DNA from: an uncultured Thermoleophilia bacterium
GTDB lineage: Bacteria > Actinomycetota > Thermoleophilia > UBA2241
Direction: 5' to 3'
NCBI GenBank assembly: GCA_963790185.1
Contig: CAWBNR010000011.1
Location: forward strand, 93,432 to 157,431
DNA: 64,000 nucleotides
Below are positions 17,930-27,492 of this stretch, piece by piece. The translations under genes and the position numbers were made by a program. Within the stretch, counting starts at the first letter, position 1; each line of letters opens with the position of its first letter. The notes under the pieces are model-generated. The model had not been told where the DNA came from, made no database searches, and saw nothing but the letters and a program-made list of their open reading frames with translations.

Positions 17930-20011
17930 TTACCCCTTGTGCGCTTCTTCGCGCTCCTTCTTGGCCTCGTCGATGACCTTCTGGGCGATGTGCGCCGGCA
18001 CCTCTTCGTAGCGCAGGAACTCCATGGTGTAGTCGCCGCGGCCGCCCGTCATCGACGTGAGGTCGGGCGCGTACGTGAGCATCTCGGCGAGCGGGACCTC
18101 GGCGGCGACCACGTTGCTGTGGCCGCGCGGCGTCGTGCCGAGCACGCGGCCGCGGCGCGCGTTGAGGTCGCCGATGACGTCGCCCACGCTCTCCTCGGGC
18201 ACCGTGATCTCGACGCTCATGATGGGCTCGAGCAGCACGGGCTGGGCCTTCTCGACCGCGGCCTTGAAGCCCATGGAGCCGGCGATCTGGAAGGCCATGT
18301 CGTCGAGTCGACCGGGTGGTACTTGCCGTCGTACAGCGTCGACCCTGACGTCGACCACCGGGTAGCCGGCGAGGAAGCCCTCGCGCCATGGCGGCGCGGA
18401 TGCCCTTCTCGACCGCGGGGATGAACTTGCGTGGGATCGACGCCGCCGACGATCTCGTCGACGAACTCGAAGCCGTCGCCGTGCGGCATGCGGCTCCAGC
18501 TCGACATCCAGGCGACGCCGAACTGGCCGCGGCCGCCGGTCTGCTTCTTGTGCTTGCCCTGCGCCTTGGCGCTGCCCTTGATGGTCTCGCGGTAGGGCAC
18601 GTGCGGCGGCTGAGCTCGACCTCGACGCCGAAGCGCGCGCTTCATGCGCTCGACGATCACCTCGACGTGGACCTGGCCCATGCCCGCCGACGATCGTCTC
18701 GTCGGTCTGCGGGTCGCGGTGGACGTCGATCATCGGGTCCTCTTCGGCGAGACGGCGGAGGGCCTGCGATCACCTTGTCCTCGTCGCCCTTGCTCTTGGC
18801 GGTGACCGCGAACGACATGAGCGGCGCCGGGAACGTGATCGGCGGGAAGCCGACAGGCGCGCCCTCGGCGCAGAGCGTGTCGCCGGTGACCACGTCTTTG
18901 AGCTTGGCGACCGCGCCGATGTCGCCCGCGACCAGCGCGTCGACCGGCTTGTTCTCCTTGCCCTGCGACTTGAGGAGCTGGCCGAGGCGCTCCTTGTGGC
19001 CGTCGCGCGTGACGACGACCGTGCTGTCGCCGGAGACGGTGCCCCGGAAGACGCGGAAGACGTTGATGCGCCCGCTGAACGGGTCGGCCAGCGTCTTGAA
19101 GACGAAGGCCGCGGCCGGTGCGGCGGCGTCGCACTCGAGCTCGACCTCGGCACCGTCGGCGCCGGTCACGACGGGCGCCGAGACCGTCGCCGGCGCCGGC
19201 GCCAGCGCCAGCAGGTCGAGCACCAGGTCGACGCCGATCAGGTGCGTCGCGGAGCCGGCGGCGACGGGGTAGATCTGCCCCTTGGCGACGCCGTCGGCGA
19301 AGGCCGCTTGAGCTCGTCCTCGCCGATCTCCTCCTCGGTGAGGTACTTCTCGGCGAGCTCGTCGTTGGTGCTCGCCACGGCGTCGACGAGTTTGTCGCGA
19401 GCCGCGGCCACCGCGTCGGCGAGGTCGGCCGGCACGTCGCCGGTCTGCGTTTTGCCGTCGGTGTACGTGAACGCCTTCATGGTGAGCAGGTCGACCACGC
19501 CGACCAGCTCGTGCTCGCTGCCGATCGGGAGATGGACCGCCACGACCTGCTGGCCGAAGACCTCCTGGAGAGCGGCGACCGCCCGGGCGAAGTCAGCGCG
19601 CTCGCGGTCGAGCATGTTGCAGAAGAACAGGCGCGCCAGCCCACGGTCGGCGGCGCGCGCCCACAGGCGCTCCGTCTGCACCTCGACGCCCAGGACCGCG
19701 TTGACGACGACGAGCGCCGTCTCGACGACCTGCAGCGACGCGATCGCATCGGCGAGGAAGCTCGAGTCGCCGGGCGTGTCGATGAGGTTGAAGGTGAGGC
19801 CGTCGCGCTCGACGTGCGCCAGCGCGGCGGAGAGGCTCAGTTGGCGCCGCTTCTCGTCTTCGTCCCAGTCGGAGATGGTCGTGCCTTCGGTGACGTGGCC
19901 CAGCCGGTTGGCCACCCCCGCCTTGAAGAGGAGTCCTTCGAAGAGCGAGGTCTTGCCGGTGCCGCGATGGCCGACAAGGGCGACGTTCCTGATCTTCGCT
20001 GGGTCGTTCAC
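17930..20011 (-). pseudogene. EF-G paralogue (EF-G-2-like GTPase), frameshifted several times between about 18.3 and 19.3 kb
   Basis: Homologous segments are spread over four minus-strand ORFs. 19238..20011 holds the G domain (VALVGHRGTGKTSL, DTPGDSSF). 18657..19223 holds domain II. 18217..18681 holds VPYRETIKGSAKAQGKHKKQTGGRGQFG and TLYDGKYHPVDS. 17930..18733 holds DLNARRGRVLG...AEVPLAEMLTYAPDLTSMTGGRGDYTMEF. SD GAGGAGAAGG lies before the GTG at 20011. Confidence 0.8.
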
Positions 20012-20114
20012 TAGCCTTCTCCTCGCGGTCGGAAGGCGCCCCCCGACGACGGGCAGGCGAGCGCCTCGTGGCGTGCGTCCCGAAGCACGAAGTCTAGCAC
20101 AGGGTCTGGGCGTT

Positions 20115-21332
20115 TCACGCGCTCGCGACGGTCGCTGGATCGAGGCCTTCTACGAGGTGGACGTGTGCTCCTCCGGCGAGGCCGCCGGCGAGACGCAGGG
20201 ACGTGAACCCGTAGCGCCGATGCACCCGGTCGACCGCCTCGGCGAGCGCGACCTCACGCCAGCCGTCGTCGAGTGTGAGCTGGAAGACGCCGTGCCGGAA
20301 CGAGCTCACGGTGACGCCGAGGAGCCGCACCCACCGCGCTCCCACCGCGAGTCCGTCGAGGAGGTCGAGCGCGGCGCCGGCGACCGCCGGAGCGGTGGCC
20401 AGCGGACGCCGGAAGGTGCATCGCCGGGTGACGGTGTGGAAGGTGCTGAAGCGGACCTTGACGGTGACGGTGTGCGGCGCGAGCCCGCGACGGCGCGCGT
20501 CGGCGGACGCCCGGTCGGCGAGAGCGACCAGCGCGCAGCGCAACGCCTCGCCGTCGTTGACGTCTTCGGCGAACGTGGTCTCGCGCCCGACCGACTTGGG
20601 CGGCGCAGGCTCGCGACGCAGGACCGTGACGCTGCGCCCGAAGGCGAGCTGACGGAGGCCGTGGGCGCCGCGCCCGAAAGCCGCAGCGAGCACGGCGAAG
20701 GGGATGTCCTGCAGCATGCCGACGGTCGTGAGGCCGATGGCGGCGAGCCGCTCCTGCGTGACGGGCCCGACGCCGTGGAGCTCGGCGACCGGCAGGTCGC
20801 GCAGGCGGCCGTGGACGTCGGCCTCGCCGAGTTCGCCGATACCGCCCGGCTTGAAGAGCTCGGCGGCGAGCTTGGCGAGCAGCAGGTTGGGACCGATGCC
20901 GATCGAGCATCCGAGACCGCAGGCGGCGTAGACCCGCTCCTGCAGCCGGCGGGCGATGGCGCGCGGCGGACCGAAGAGAAGCCGGCTGCCGGTGACGTCG
21001 AGGCGGGCCTCGTCGATCGACACCACCTCGACGAGATCGGTGAAGCCGCGGAAGAGCTCGACCAGCCGGTGGTGAACGGCGACGTACGCGCGCATGTCGA
21101 CCGGCAGGAAGACCGCCTGCGGGCAGAGACGCTCGGCCTGCCCGATCGGCATCGCCGTGCGCACCCCGAACGCCCGCGCCTCGTACGAGCAGGTGGAGAC
21201 GACCCCCCGGCCGCCACGTTCGCCGCCGACGACCACCGGCAGGCCGCGCAACTCGGGGCGCCGCGCCTGCTCGACGGAGGCGAAGAAGGCGTCCATATCG
21301 ACATGGAGAAGTGCACGCTGGGATGCGAACAT
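20115..21332 (-). CDS. dinB: DNA polymerase IV
   Basis: ORF 20115..21581(-) read from ATG 21332 (MFASQRALLHVDMDAFFASVE). An SOS box overlaps the start. Confidence 0.9.
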   Translation of the reverse strand: MFASQRALLHVDMDAFFASVEQARRPELRGLPVVVGGERGGRGVVSTCSYEARAFGVRTAMPIGQAERLCPQAVFLPVDMRAYVAVHHRLVELFRGFTDLVEVVSIDEARLDVTGSRLLFGPPRAIARRLQERVYAACGLGCSIGIGPNLLLAKLAAELFKPGGIGELGEADVHGRLRDLPVAELHGVGPVTQERLAAIGLTTVGMLQDIPFAVLAAAFGRGAHGLRQLAFGRSVTVLRREPAPPKSVGRETTFAEDVNDGEALRCALVALADRASADARRRGLAPHTVTVKVRFSTFHTVTRRCTFRRPLATAPAVAGAALDLLDGLAVGARWVRLLGVTVSSFRHGVFQLTLDDGWREVALAEAVDRVHRRYGFTSLRLAGGLAGGAHVHLVEGLDPATVASA

Positions 21333-21339
21333 ACGTTCG
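21326..21339. promoter_or_regulatory. LexA (Cheo-type) SOS box overlapping the dinB start codon
   Basis: cgaacatacgttcg, i.e. CGAAC-N4-GTTCG. On the minus strand TAGAAT (21346-21341) sits 8 nt upstream of the ATG. Confidence 0.7.
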
Positions 21340-21471
21340 TATTCTAGGAGAGAGAGAGCGCGGGCGCAAGTCCGTCGATCGTCTCGCGGGTGGTCTCGAG
21401 CGGGTTCGGTCGCCGCTGCCTCGAGCGGTCTCGTCTCGTGGTCGCGCAGGGCGGCCTCGCCCTGCCTTGCC

Positions 21472-21855
21472 TCAGGCGGTCTCGCTCCGTGACGCGCGCT
21501 CCGCGCGCCCCCCTTCGCCGCCGTCTGGGACCGGCACCCGGGGCACGTCGCCCCAGAGCGCCTCGAGGCGATAGAACTCACGCGCGCCCGGAGTGAACAC
21601 GTGCACGACGACGTCGATGTAGTCGATGAGGATCCACTCGGCTTCGCGGGCGCCCTCCACCCGCGCCGGCCGGCGGGTCGCGCGCAACCCCTCGACGATG
21701 CCGTCGGCGATCGCCTTGGCCTGTCGGGTGGTGGCGCCGGTCGCGAGGACGAAGAAGTCGGTGTACGTGACCGCCTCGTTCATCGCCAGCACGGTCACGC
21801 CCTTGGCCTTCTTGTCGGCCGCGAGCCCGGCGATATCGAGCGCCAGGGCCTCCAC
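21472..21855 (-). CDS. rsfS: ribosome silencing factor RsfS (iojap-like)
   Basis: ORF 21472..21855(-). TDFFVLATGATTRQAKAIAD...WILIDYIDVVVHVF. Confidence 0.85.
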   Translation of the reverse strand: MEALALDIAGLAADKKAKGVTVLAMNEAVTYTDFFVLATGATTRQAKAIADGIVEGLRATRRPARVEGAREAEWILIDYIDVVVHVFTPGAREFYRLEALWGDVPRVPVPDGGEGGRAERASRSETA

Positions 21856-21878
21856 GGCCTCGAGCTGTGCGTCCCCTG

Positions 21879-23021
21879 CTACTGCAAGTCCTTTGCCCGG
21901 AGGTCGGACCCGACCACGACGACGATGGTGTCGGGCGGGAATTGATCGCCGCTGAGCACGACGCCGCGGCCGAGTATAGCACGGATATCCCGGGCCACCC
22001 CGAGGCCCTCGGGCGAGGCCAGGATCTGCGTCTCCGAGTAGTTGAAGGAGTCTGCGTTGCCGGGCTCCGGCAGCTTGACGTCGAGGACGGCGAGCTTCTC
22101 GGCGACGAGCTCGCCGATGCCGAGCTCGCCGCTGCCGTTGCGCACGAGCACGGTGAACTGCGCGTCGTACCCCGGCGCCCGCCGCGTGATCGCCGCCTGG
22201 ATGCGCTCGGGGTCGGGCACCAGCGCGAACTGCCCCTCGGCGACGCGCCCCTCCGATGGCAGGAGCGTGATGAAGGTCTCGCCCTTTACGAGCTCCTCCA
22301 GCGCGTCACGGACGAGCTCGCCGTCCCCGGCTCCCGCCACGATGGCGTCGACCGCGGCCGTCACCTCCGCCTCGGAACGCGCCGCGGCAGCGTCGAACAC
22401 GGCGCGCAGCACGGCCGCGTCGAACCCGGCCCGCGCCTCGTCCTCTTCCCCGCCGCCCGAGAGCACGTCGGCGACCTGTCGCGCCGGCAGACGAACAGCG
22501 CCCTCGTACGTGCGGCCGATGCCGTCGACATCGACGGTCGCGGGGGTCGTCAGCGTGAAGGCCAAGCGTTCGTCACCCGACAGCTCGGTGAGCGCGGAGT
22601 ACGGCAGGTGGACGACGTGCTCGACCGGGGTCCGCAGCACGCGCCCGAGGTCGGCGGCGAACTCGGGGAAGCGGAAATCGTCACCGGCCATGATGTACTC
22701 GCCCTGCGGCCCCTCGAGGAGCAGCGAGCGCGGGATCGTCCAGACCTGGAACGACTCGTCGGGCGCGCGCAGCACGAGCAGTGCGACGGCGGCGCGCTCG
22801 GGTTCGTCGACGCCGAAGGCGAGCACGAGGAGGTAGCCCTTCTCTTCCGGCGCCGCCGCGTCGCCGCCGACGACCCAACCGGCGAGCCGCAGTGCGCCGA
22901 GGATGGCCCCGAGTGCGACGACCGCCGCCAGGACGTAGAGCAGCACAGACTGCCAGCGGCCCAGACGCCCGCGCCGCCGCTCCTGCAATCGCTTGACCCT
23001 ATAGCCGCCTGAGTCTGCCAT
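21879..23021 (-). CDS. membrane-anchored protein with a degenerate LCP-like region and a C-terminal LytR_C domain
   Basis: ORF 21879..23087(-) read from ATG 23021 (MADSGGYRVKRL). One TM segment. The C-terminus FTVLVRNGSGELGIGELVAEKL...IVVVVGSDL resembles LytR_C. Confidence 0.6.
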   Translation of the reverse strand: MADSGGYRVKRLQERRRGRLGRWQSVLLYVLAAVVALGAILGALRLAGWVVGGDAAAPEEKGYLLVLAFGVDEPERAAVALLVLRAPDESFQVWTIPRSLLLEGPQGEYIMAGDDFRFPEFAADLGRVLRTPVEHVVHLPYSALTELSGDERLAFTLTTPATVDVDGIGRTYEGAVRLPARQVADVLSGGGEEDEARAGFDAAVLRAVFDAAAARSEAEVTAAVDAIVAGAGDGELVRDALEELVKGETFITLLPSEGRVAEGQFALVPDPERIQAAITRRAPGYDAQFTVLVRNGSGELGIGELVAEKLAVLDVKLPEPGNADSFNYSETQILASPEGLGVARDIRAILGRGVVLSGDQFPPDTIVVVVGSDLRAKDLQ

Positions 23022-23568
23022 GGAGATCGTTGTAGAGTTCGACGCCGCCGAGGGCGATTCCCCGTCCCTTGAGGATGACGGACACAAGACTCATGCGCGC
23101 GGCTTCGGCGACGGCGTCGTCCAGCGAGGCCCGGGCGAGCCGGCGCACGTCGTCGACGCCGGCGAACTCGCGGCCGGGCTCGCAGAAGTCGGCGAGATAG
23201 AGGCACTTCTCAAGGGTCGTCATGTCCGCCGCGCCCACGGTGTGAAGCGCGATCGCGCGCGCCGCGTCTCGCGCCAGCCCGGCCGTCGCGAGCTCGGCAC
23301 CCGCCACGGGGCCGTGCAGAAGCGCCACGGGCTGCGCCAACTCAAGCTGCCCGACCGCGATCCCGTGGCGGTCCGCCGCCTCCAGAAGCGCATCCACGGG
23401 CCATTCGCGGCACGCGTCGTGGACGAGGCCGGCCACGAGCGCCGCCTCGGGATCGGCACCGAACCGCCGGGCGAGCGTCGCGCAGAGCGCGCCCACCCGG
23501 CGCGCGTGCCCGGCGCGCTTCTCGGACACTCCGCGCAGCAGCGCCTCGGCTTCGGCAACGCCGATCAC
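22999..23568 (-). CDS. yqeK: HD-domain bis(5'-nucleosyl)-tetraphosphatase YqeK
   Basis: ORF 22999..23568(-). H...HD metal motif (AGHARRV...GLVHDACRE). Position between nadD and rsfS. Confidence 0.7.
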   Translation of the reverse strand: MIGVAEAEALLRGVSEKRAGHARRVGALCATLARRFGADPEAALVAGLVHDACREWPVDALLEAADRHGIAVGQLELAQPVALLHGPVAGAELATAGLARDAARAIALHTVGAADMTTLEKCLYLADFCEPGREFAGVDDVRRLARASLDDAVAEAARMSLVSVILKGRGIALGGVELYNDLHGRLRRL

Positions 23569-24179
23569 CGCACCACGTAGAGCCCATGCCCGAGCACGTA
23601 CTCCTCGACCGCACGCGGCACCAGGTAGGTGAGCGGCATCCCCATGCGCACCCGATTCCGCAAGTCGCGCGACGCGATCGCGATCTGCGGGGTCTGCAGG
23701 ACGACCGCCCGGCGGCGACCGAGCCCGGCGGCGACCTCGTCGAGCCGTCGCTCGTCGTCACCCGGCCGGACCGCGACCGCCAGCCGGCACAACTCGACGA
23801 TCACCTGCGGCTCGTGCCATGTCTCGAACTGCAGCAGGGAGTCGGATCCCATGATGAAGACCAGCTCGTGGTCCGCGTGCGTCTCGTGCAGAGCCCTCAC
23901 GGTGTCGACCGTGTACGTGAGCCCTCGGTCGAGTTCAATGGTCGAGACCGCGAACCCGTCGTCGCCGGCGATCGCCAGCCGGGTCATCTCGACGCGGACC
24001 TCCGCCGGCGTGGCGTCGGCGACGGCCTTGTGCGGCGGCCGCGCCGCCGGTATGAAGAGGACCCGCTCCAAGCCGAGCTGATGACGCACCTCGGAGGCGA
24101 TCACCAAGTGCCCGAGGTGCGGCGGGTTGAAGCTGCCGCCGAGGACGCCGAGGCGGCGTGGCTTCTCCGGCCCTGTCAT
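23565..24179 (-). CDS. nadD: nicotinate-nucleotide adenylyltransferase
   Basis: C-terminal 204 aa of ORF 23565..24668(-), from ATG 24179 (ATGA overlap with the proA stop). GGSFNPPHLGH. Confidence 0.9.
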   Translation of the reverse strand: MTGPEKPRRLGVLGGSFNPPHLGHLVIASEVRHQLGLERVLFIPAARPPHKAVADATPAEVRVEMTRLAIAGDDGFAVSTIELDRGLTYTVDTVRALHETHADHELVFIMGSDSLLQFETWHEPQVIVELCRLAVAVRPGDDERRLDEVAAGLGRRRAVVLQTPQIAIASRDLRNRVRMGMPLTYLVPRAVEEYVLGHGLYVVR

Positions 24180-25423
24180 GCCCTGATCTGGCCCTCGCCC
24201 CAGAGGACGTACTTCACGCAGGTCAGCTCCTCGAGGCCGATGGGACCGCGAGCGTGGAGCTTCTGCGTGGAGATACCCATCTCGGCGCCCAGGCCGAACT
24301 CGCCGCCGTCGGTGAAGCGGGTCGAGGCGTTGACGTAGACGCAGGCGGCGTCGACCTCCCTCGTGAAGCGCTGCGCCGCCTCGAGGTCGTTGGTGACGAT
24401 CGCTTCGGAGTGTCGCGTGCCGTGAGTCGCGATGTGCTCGAGAGCTTCGCCGAGGCTCCCGACCACACGCACCGCCAGCTTGGGGCCGAGGAACTCCGTG
24501 TCGTAGTGTGTGCGATTCGCACGCTTCAGGCCCGGGTCCGCGAGCAGCTCCGCCGCAGCCTTGTCGACGACGAGTTCGACGCCGCGCCGCTTCAGCTCCT
24601 CGACGGCACGCGGCAGGAACCCGGGAGCCGCCTCCCCGTGGACGAGAAGCGTCTCGGCCGCATTGCACGCGTCAGGACGCTGGCACTTGGCATTGACGAT
24701 GATGCGCACGGCCATCTCCACGTCCGCGCTCGCATCCACGTAGACGTGACAGTTGCCGCCGCCGGCGTAGACGACGGGCACATGGCTGTGCTCGAGAAGG
24801 TACTCCTTGAGGGTCTCGCCGCCGCGCGGGATGACGAGGTCGACCGAGTCACGCTGGCGCAGCAGCTCGTCGAGCTCGTCGCGGTCCGGACCGAGCCAGC
24901 CGATCGCGGCGCGCGGCAGGCCCGCTTCGATGACGGCGCCCTGTACGGCCTCGGCCAGCAGACGGTTCGAGTGTCTGGCGGTGCTGCCGCCGCGCAACAC
25001 GACGGCGTTGCCGGTCTTGAGGCAGAGCGCCGCGGCGTCGACGGTGACGTTCGGGCGCGCCTCGTACACCACGGCGACCACACCCAGCGGCGCACGGACC
25101 TTGCGGAGCTCGAGCCCGTTCGCCAGACGCCAGCCGTCGCTCACCCGGCCGACGGGGTCGGGCAACGCCGCGACCGCCCGCACGCCGGCCACCATCTCGG
25201 CGAGGCGATCCTCGTCGAGCAGCAGACGGTCGATCAGCGCACCGGGTTGACGCTGCTCGCGGGCGAGGCGCAGATCCTCCTGGTTCTCCGTGAGGATCTC
25301 GTCGGCCCGCCGCTCGAGGGCGTCGGCAACGCCGCGCAGGGCCGCGTCCTTGCGCTCGCGCGGCAGGACGGCCAGCTGGCGCGCCGCCATCTGCGCCGCA
25401 GCGCACAGCTCCTCGACGTTCAC
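24176..25423 (-). CDS. proA: gamma-glutamyl phosphate reductase
   Basis: ORF 24176..26530(-) read from GTG 25423, with GAGGAGGA 6 nt upstream. VIPRGG, and NAKCQRPDACNAAETLLVH. Confidence 0.9.
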   Translation of the reverse strand: MNVEELCAAAQMAARQLAVLPRERKDAALRGVADALERRADEILTENQEDLRLAREQRQPGALIDRLLLDEDRLAEMVAGVRAVAALPDPVGRVSDGWRLANGLELRKVRAPLGVVAVVYEARPNVTVDAAALCLKTGNAVVLRGGSTARHSNRLLAEAVQGAVIEAGLPRAAIGWLGPDRDELDELLRQRDSVDLVIPRGGETLKEYLLEHSHVPVVYAGGGNCHVYVDASADVEMAVRIIVNAKCQRPDACNAAETLLVHGEAAPGFLPRAVEELKRRGVELVVDKAAAELLADPGLKRANRTHYDTEFLGPKLAVRVVGSLGEALEHIATHGTRHSEAIVTNDLEAAQRFTREVDAACVYVNASTRFTDGGEFGLGAEMGISTQKLHARGPIGLEELTCVKYVLWGEGQIRA

Positions 25424-25484
25424 CCGTGTTCCTCCTCGCTCGGCGCTCGTCTCAAGCGTACCACGCGGTGTGCCGGCCTCGTCC

Positions 25485-26759
25485 TCACGCCTCAGCGAAC
25501 TCGAACTCGCCCTCACCCACAAGGACCGTGTCGCCCGTCTTCGCGCCGGCGCGACGCAGCGCGGTGTTGAGGCCGGCGCGCTCGATGACCTCCTGCAGAT
25601 AGGCGAGCGCTTCCGGGTTGTCGACGTCCGCCTTCGCGACGAGCCGCTCGAGCGCCTCGCCCCGCACGCGGAACGCGTTCTTCTCGCGGGCGACCGTGAA
25701 CGCGTCGAGCCGGTCGGCGCCGGGCCGCAGGACGACCGGCGCCTGCGGTGCCTCGGCAAGTGCCTCGCGCCGCGCGGCGGCGACCAGATCCCCCAGCCCC
25801 GCGGCGAGAGCCTCGAGACCTTCGCCCGTGACGGCCGAGACGAGGAGCACGTCGCACGCCCACGGCAGCTCGCGCAAGCGCCCCGCGACCTCGTCTCGGG
25901 CGACGGCATCCATGATGTCGACCTTGTTGACGGCGACCAGCGCGGGCCGCTCGACCAGCACACTCGCGAACGCGGCCAGCTCGCTGCGCACGGTCTCGGC
26001 GCTCGCGCATGCGCGCTCCACGCCCTCTCCCCCATCGACCACGTACACGAGCACCGCGGTACGCTCGACGTGCGCAAGGAAGCGGTGGCCGAGGCCGGCC
26101 CCTCCGCTCGCACCCTCGATGAGCCCCGGGATGTCGGCGATGACCGCGCGCTGCTCGTCGAGGTCGAGGACGCCCAGGTTCGGTTCGAGCGTGGTGAACG
26201 GATAGGCGGCGATCCGCGGGCGCGCCGCCGTGAGCGTGGCGAGCAGCGACGACTTGCCGGCGTTCGGCATGCCGACGAGACCCACGTCGGCGAGCAGCTT
26301 GAGCGTGAGAGAGAGCCAGCGCTCATCTCCGGGAAGACCCTTCTCGGCGAAACGCGGCGCCTGGCGCGTCGAACTCTTGAAACAGATGTTGCCGCGCCCG
26401 CCCTCGCCACCGCGAGCGACCAGGAAGCGTGCGCCCTCGTGAGCGAGGTCGGCGAGCAAGACGGCCTGGTCGTCGCGGACCTCCGTCCCGACCGGCACCT
26501 CGACCTCGAGCGTCGCCCCGTCGGCGCCACGACGGCCGGCGCCGCGGCCGTTGCCGCCCGCGGCGGCCTTGAAGTGATGGCGGTGGCGGAAGTGGCTCAG
26601 GTCCTGGAGTTGCCGCGTGGCGACGAGGCACACGTCGCCGCCGGGAGCGCCGTCGCCGCCGTCCGGGCCACCCCTGGGAACGTACTTCTCACGGCGGAAG
26701 CTGACGGCGCCGTCGCCGCCGTTCCCCGCGCTCACGCAGATGCTGGCCCTGTCGAGCAT
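25485..26759 (-). CDS. obg: GTPase Obg/CgtA
   Basis: ORF 25485..26759(-). Gly-rich Obg fold GGDGGDGAPGG, G1 motif GMPNAGKSSLL, and an OCT-like tail. Confidence 0.95.
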   Translation of the reverse strand: MLDRASICVSAGNGGDGAVSFRREKYVPRGGPDGGDGAPGGDVCLVATRQLQDLSHFRHRHHFKAAAGGNGRGAGRRGADGATLEVEVPVGTEVRDDQAVLLADLAHEGARFLVARGGEGGRGNICFKSSTRQAPRFAEKGLPGDERWLSLTLKLLADVGLVGMPNAGKSSLLATLTAARPRIAAYPFTTLEPNLGVLDLDEQRAVIADIPGLIEGASGGAGLGHRFLAHVERTAVLVYVVDGGEGVERACASAETVRSELAAFASVLVERPALVAVNKVDIMDAVARDEVAGRLRELPWACDVLLVSAVTGEGLEALAAGLGDLVAAARREALAEAPQAPVVLRPGADRLDAFTVAREKNAFRVRGEALERLVAKADVDNPEALAYLQEVIERAGLNTALRRAGAKTGDTVLVGEGEFEFAEA

Positions 26760-26789
26760 GGCTGACGAGCCGGCGCCCGCCGACTCTGA

Positions 26790-27044
26790 TCAGGCCTCGG
26801 AAACGACCGAGATGAAGCGCCCGCCGGCCTTCTGGCTGAAGACCACGCGACCGCCGACCTTGGCGAAGATCGTGTGATCGACGCCGAGACCGGCGCCCTC
26901 GCCGGCGCGGAACCGCGTGCCCCGCTGACGAACGATGATGGATCCGGCCGGCACGGTCTGACCCGCGAAGGCCTTGACGCCGAGACGCTTGGACTCGGAG
27001 TCGCGGCCGTTGCGGCTGGTGCCGGCGCCCTTTTTATGCGCCAC
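26790..27044 (-). CDS. rpmA: 50S ribosomal protein L27
   Basis: ORF 26790..27044(-). [24 protein letters not shown]. Confidence 0.95.
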   Translation of the reverse strand: MAHKKGAGTSRNGRDSESKRLGVKAFAGQTVPAGSIIVRQRGTRFRAGEGAGLGVDHTIFAKVGGRVVFSQKAGGRFISVVSEA

Positions 27045-27387
27045 CCTTGGTCTCCTTCGTTTCCTTCAGGGTGATCGATTCAATCGTCAACCTGGTGAGC
27101 CGGCTGCGATGGCCGCGTGCCTTCTTGAAGGTCTTCTTCGCCTTGTAGGTGAAGACGCGGATCTTCTTGCCGAGAACGTGCTCGTCTACCTTGACCTTCA
27201 CCGTCGTGTGCCGCGCGACATCGGCATCGTACTCGCCGCTGCCGGTACGGACGGCCAGAGGCTCGAACGTCAAGCTCTTGCCCTCCTCGGCATCGACGCG
27301 GTCGACGACGATTGTGTCGCCCGTGCTCACCTTGTACTGCTGACCACCCACGCGCACAATGGCGTAGGCGACGTCACTCTGCTTCAT
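27034..27387 (-). CDS. rplU: 50S ribosomal protein L21
   Basis: ORF 27034..27426(-) read from ATG 27387. [13 protein letters not shown]. Confidence 0.9.
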   Translation of the reverse strand: MKQSDVAYAIVRVGGQQYKVSTGDTIVVDRVDAEEGKSLTFEPLAVRTGSGEYDADVARHTTVKVKVDEHVLGKKIRVFTYKAKKTFKKARGHRSRLTRLTIESITLKETKETKGGA

Positions 27388-27415
27388 AGGATCTCCCTCG
27401 AGACAACAGCCCATG

Positions 27416-27445
27416 ATGGTAGCCAATCGCGGGCACGGCTGTCAA
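27416..27445 (-). promoter_or_regulatory. candidate sigma-A promoter for rplU-rpmA-obg
   Basis: On the minus strand: TTGACA (27445-27440), an 18-nt spacer, then TACCAT (21-16), followed by GGGAG and the ATG at 27387. Confidence 0.45.
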
Positions 27446-27492
27446 CGCGGCCGTCCCCGCACCGTCTCGCCGCGTCGTCCGCGAGCGCCCGC

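Noticed and set aside
25424-25484. The absence of proB between obg and proA, where many Actinomycetota have obg-proB...proA.
   Set aside because: The 61-nt gap is too small for a gene and shows no remnants. proB is probably encoded elsewhere, so this is not evidence of anything unusual in this window.
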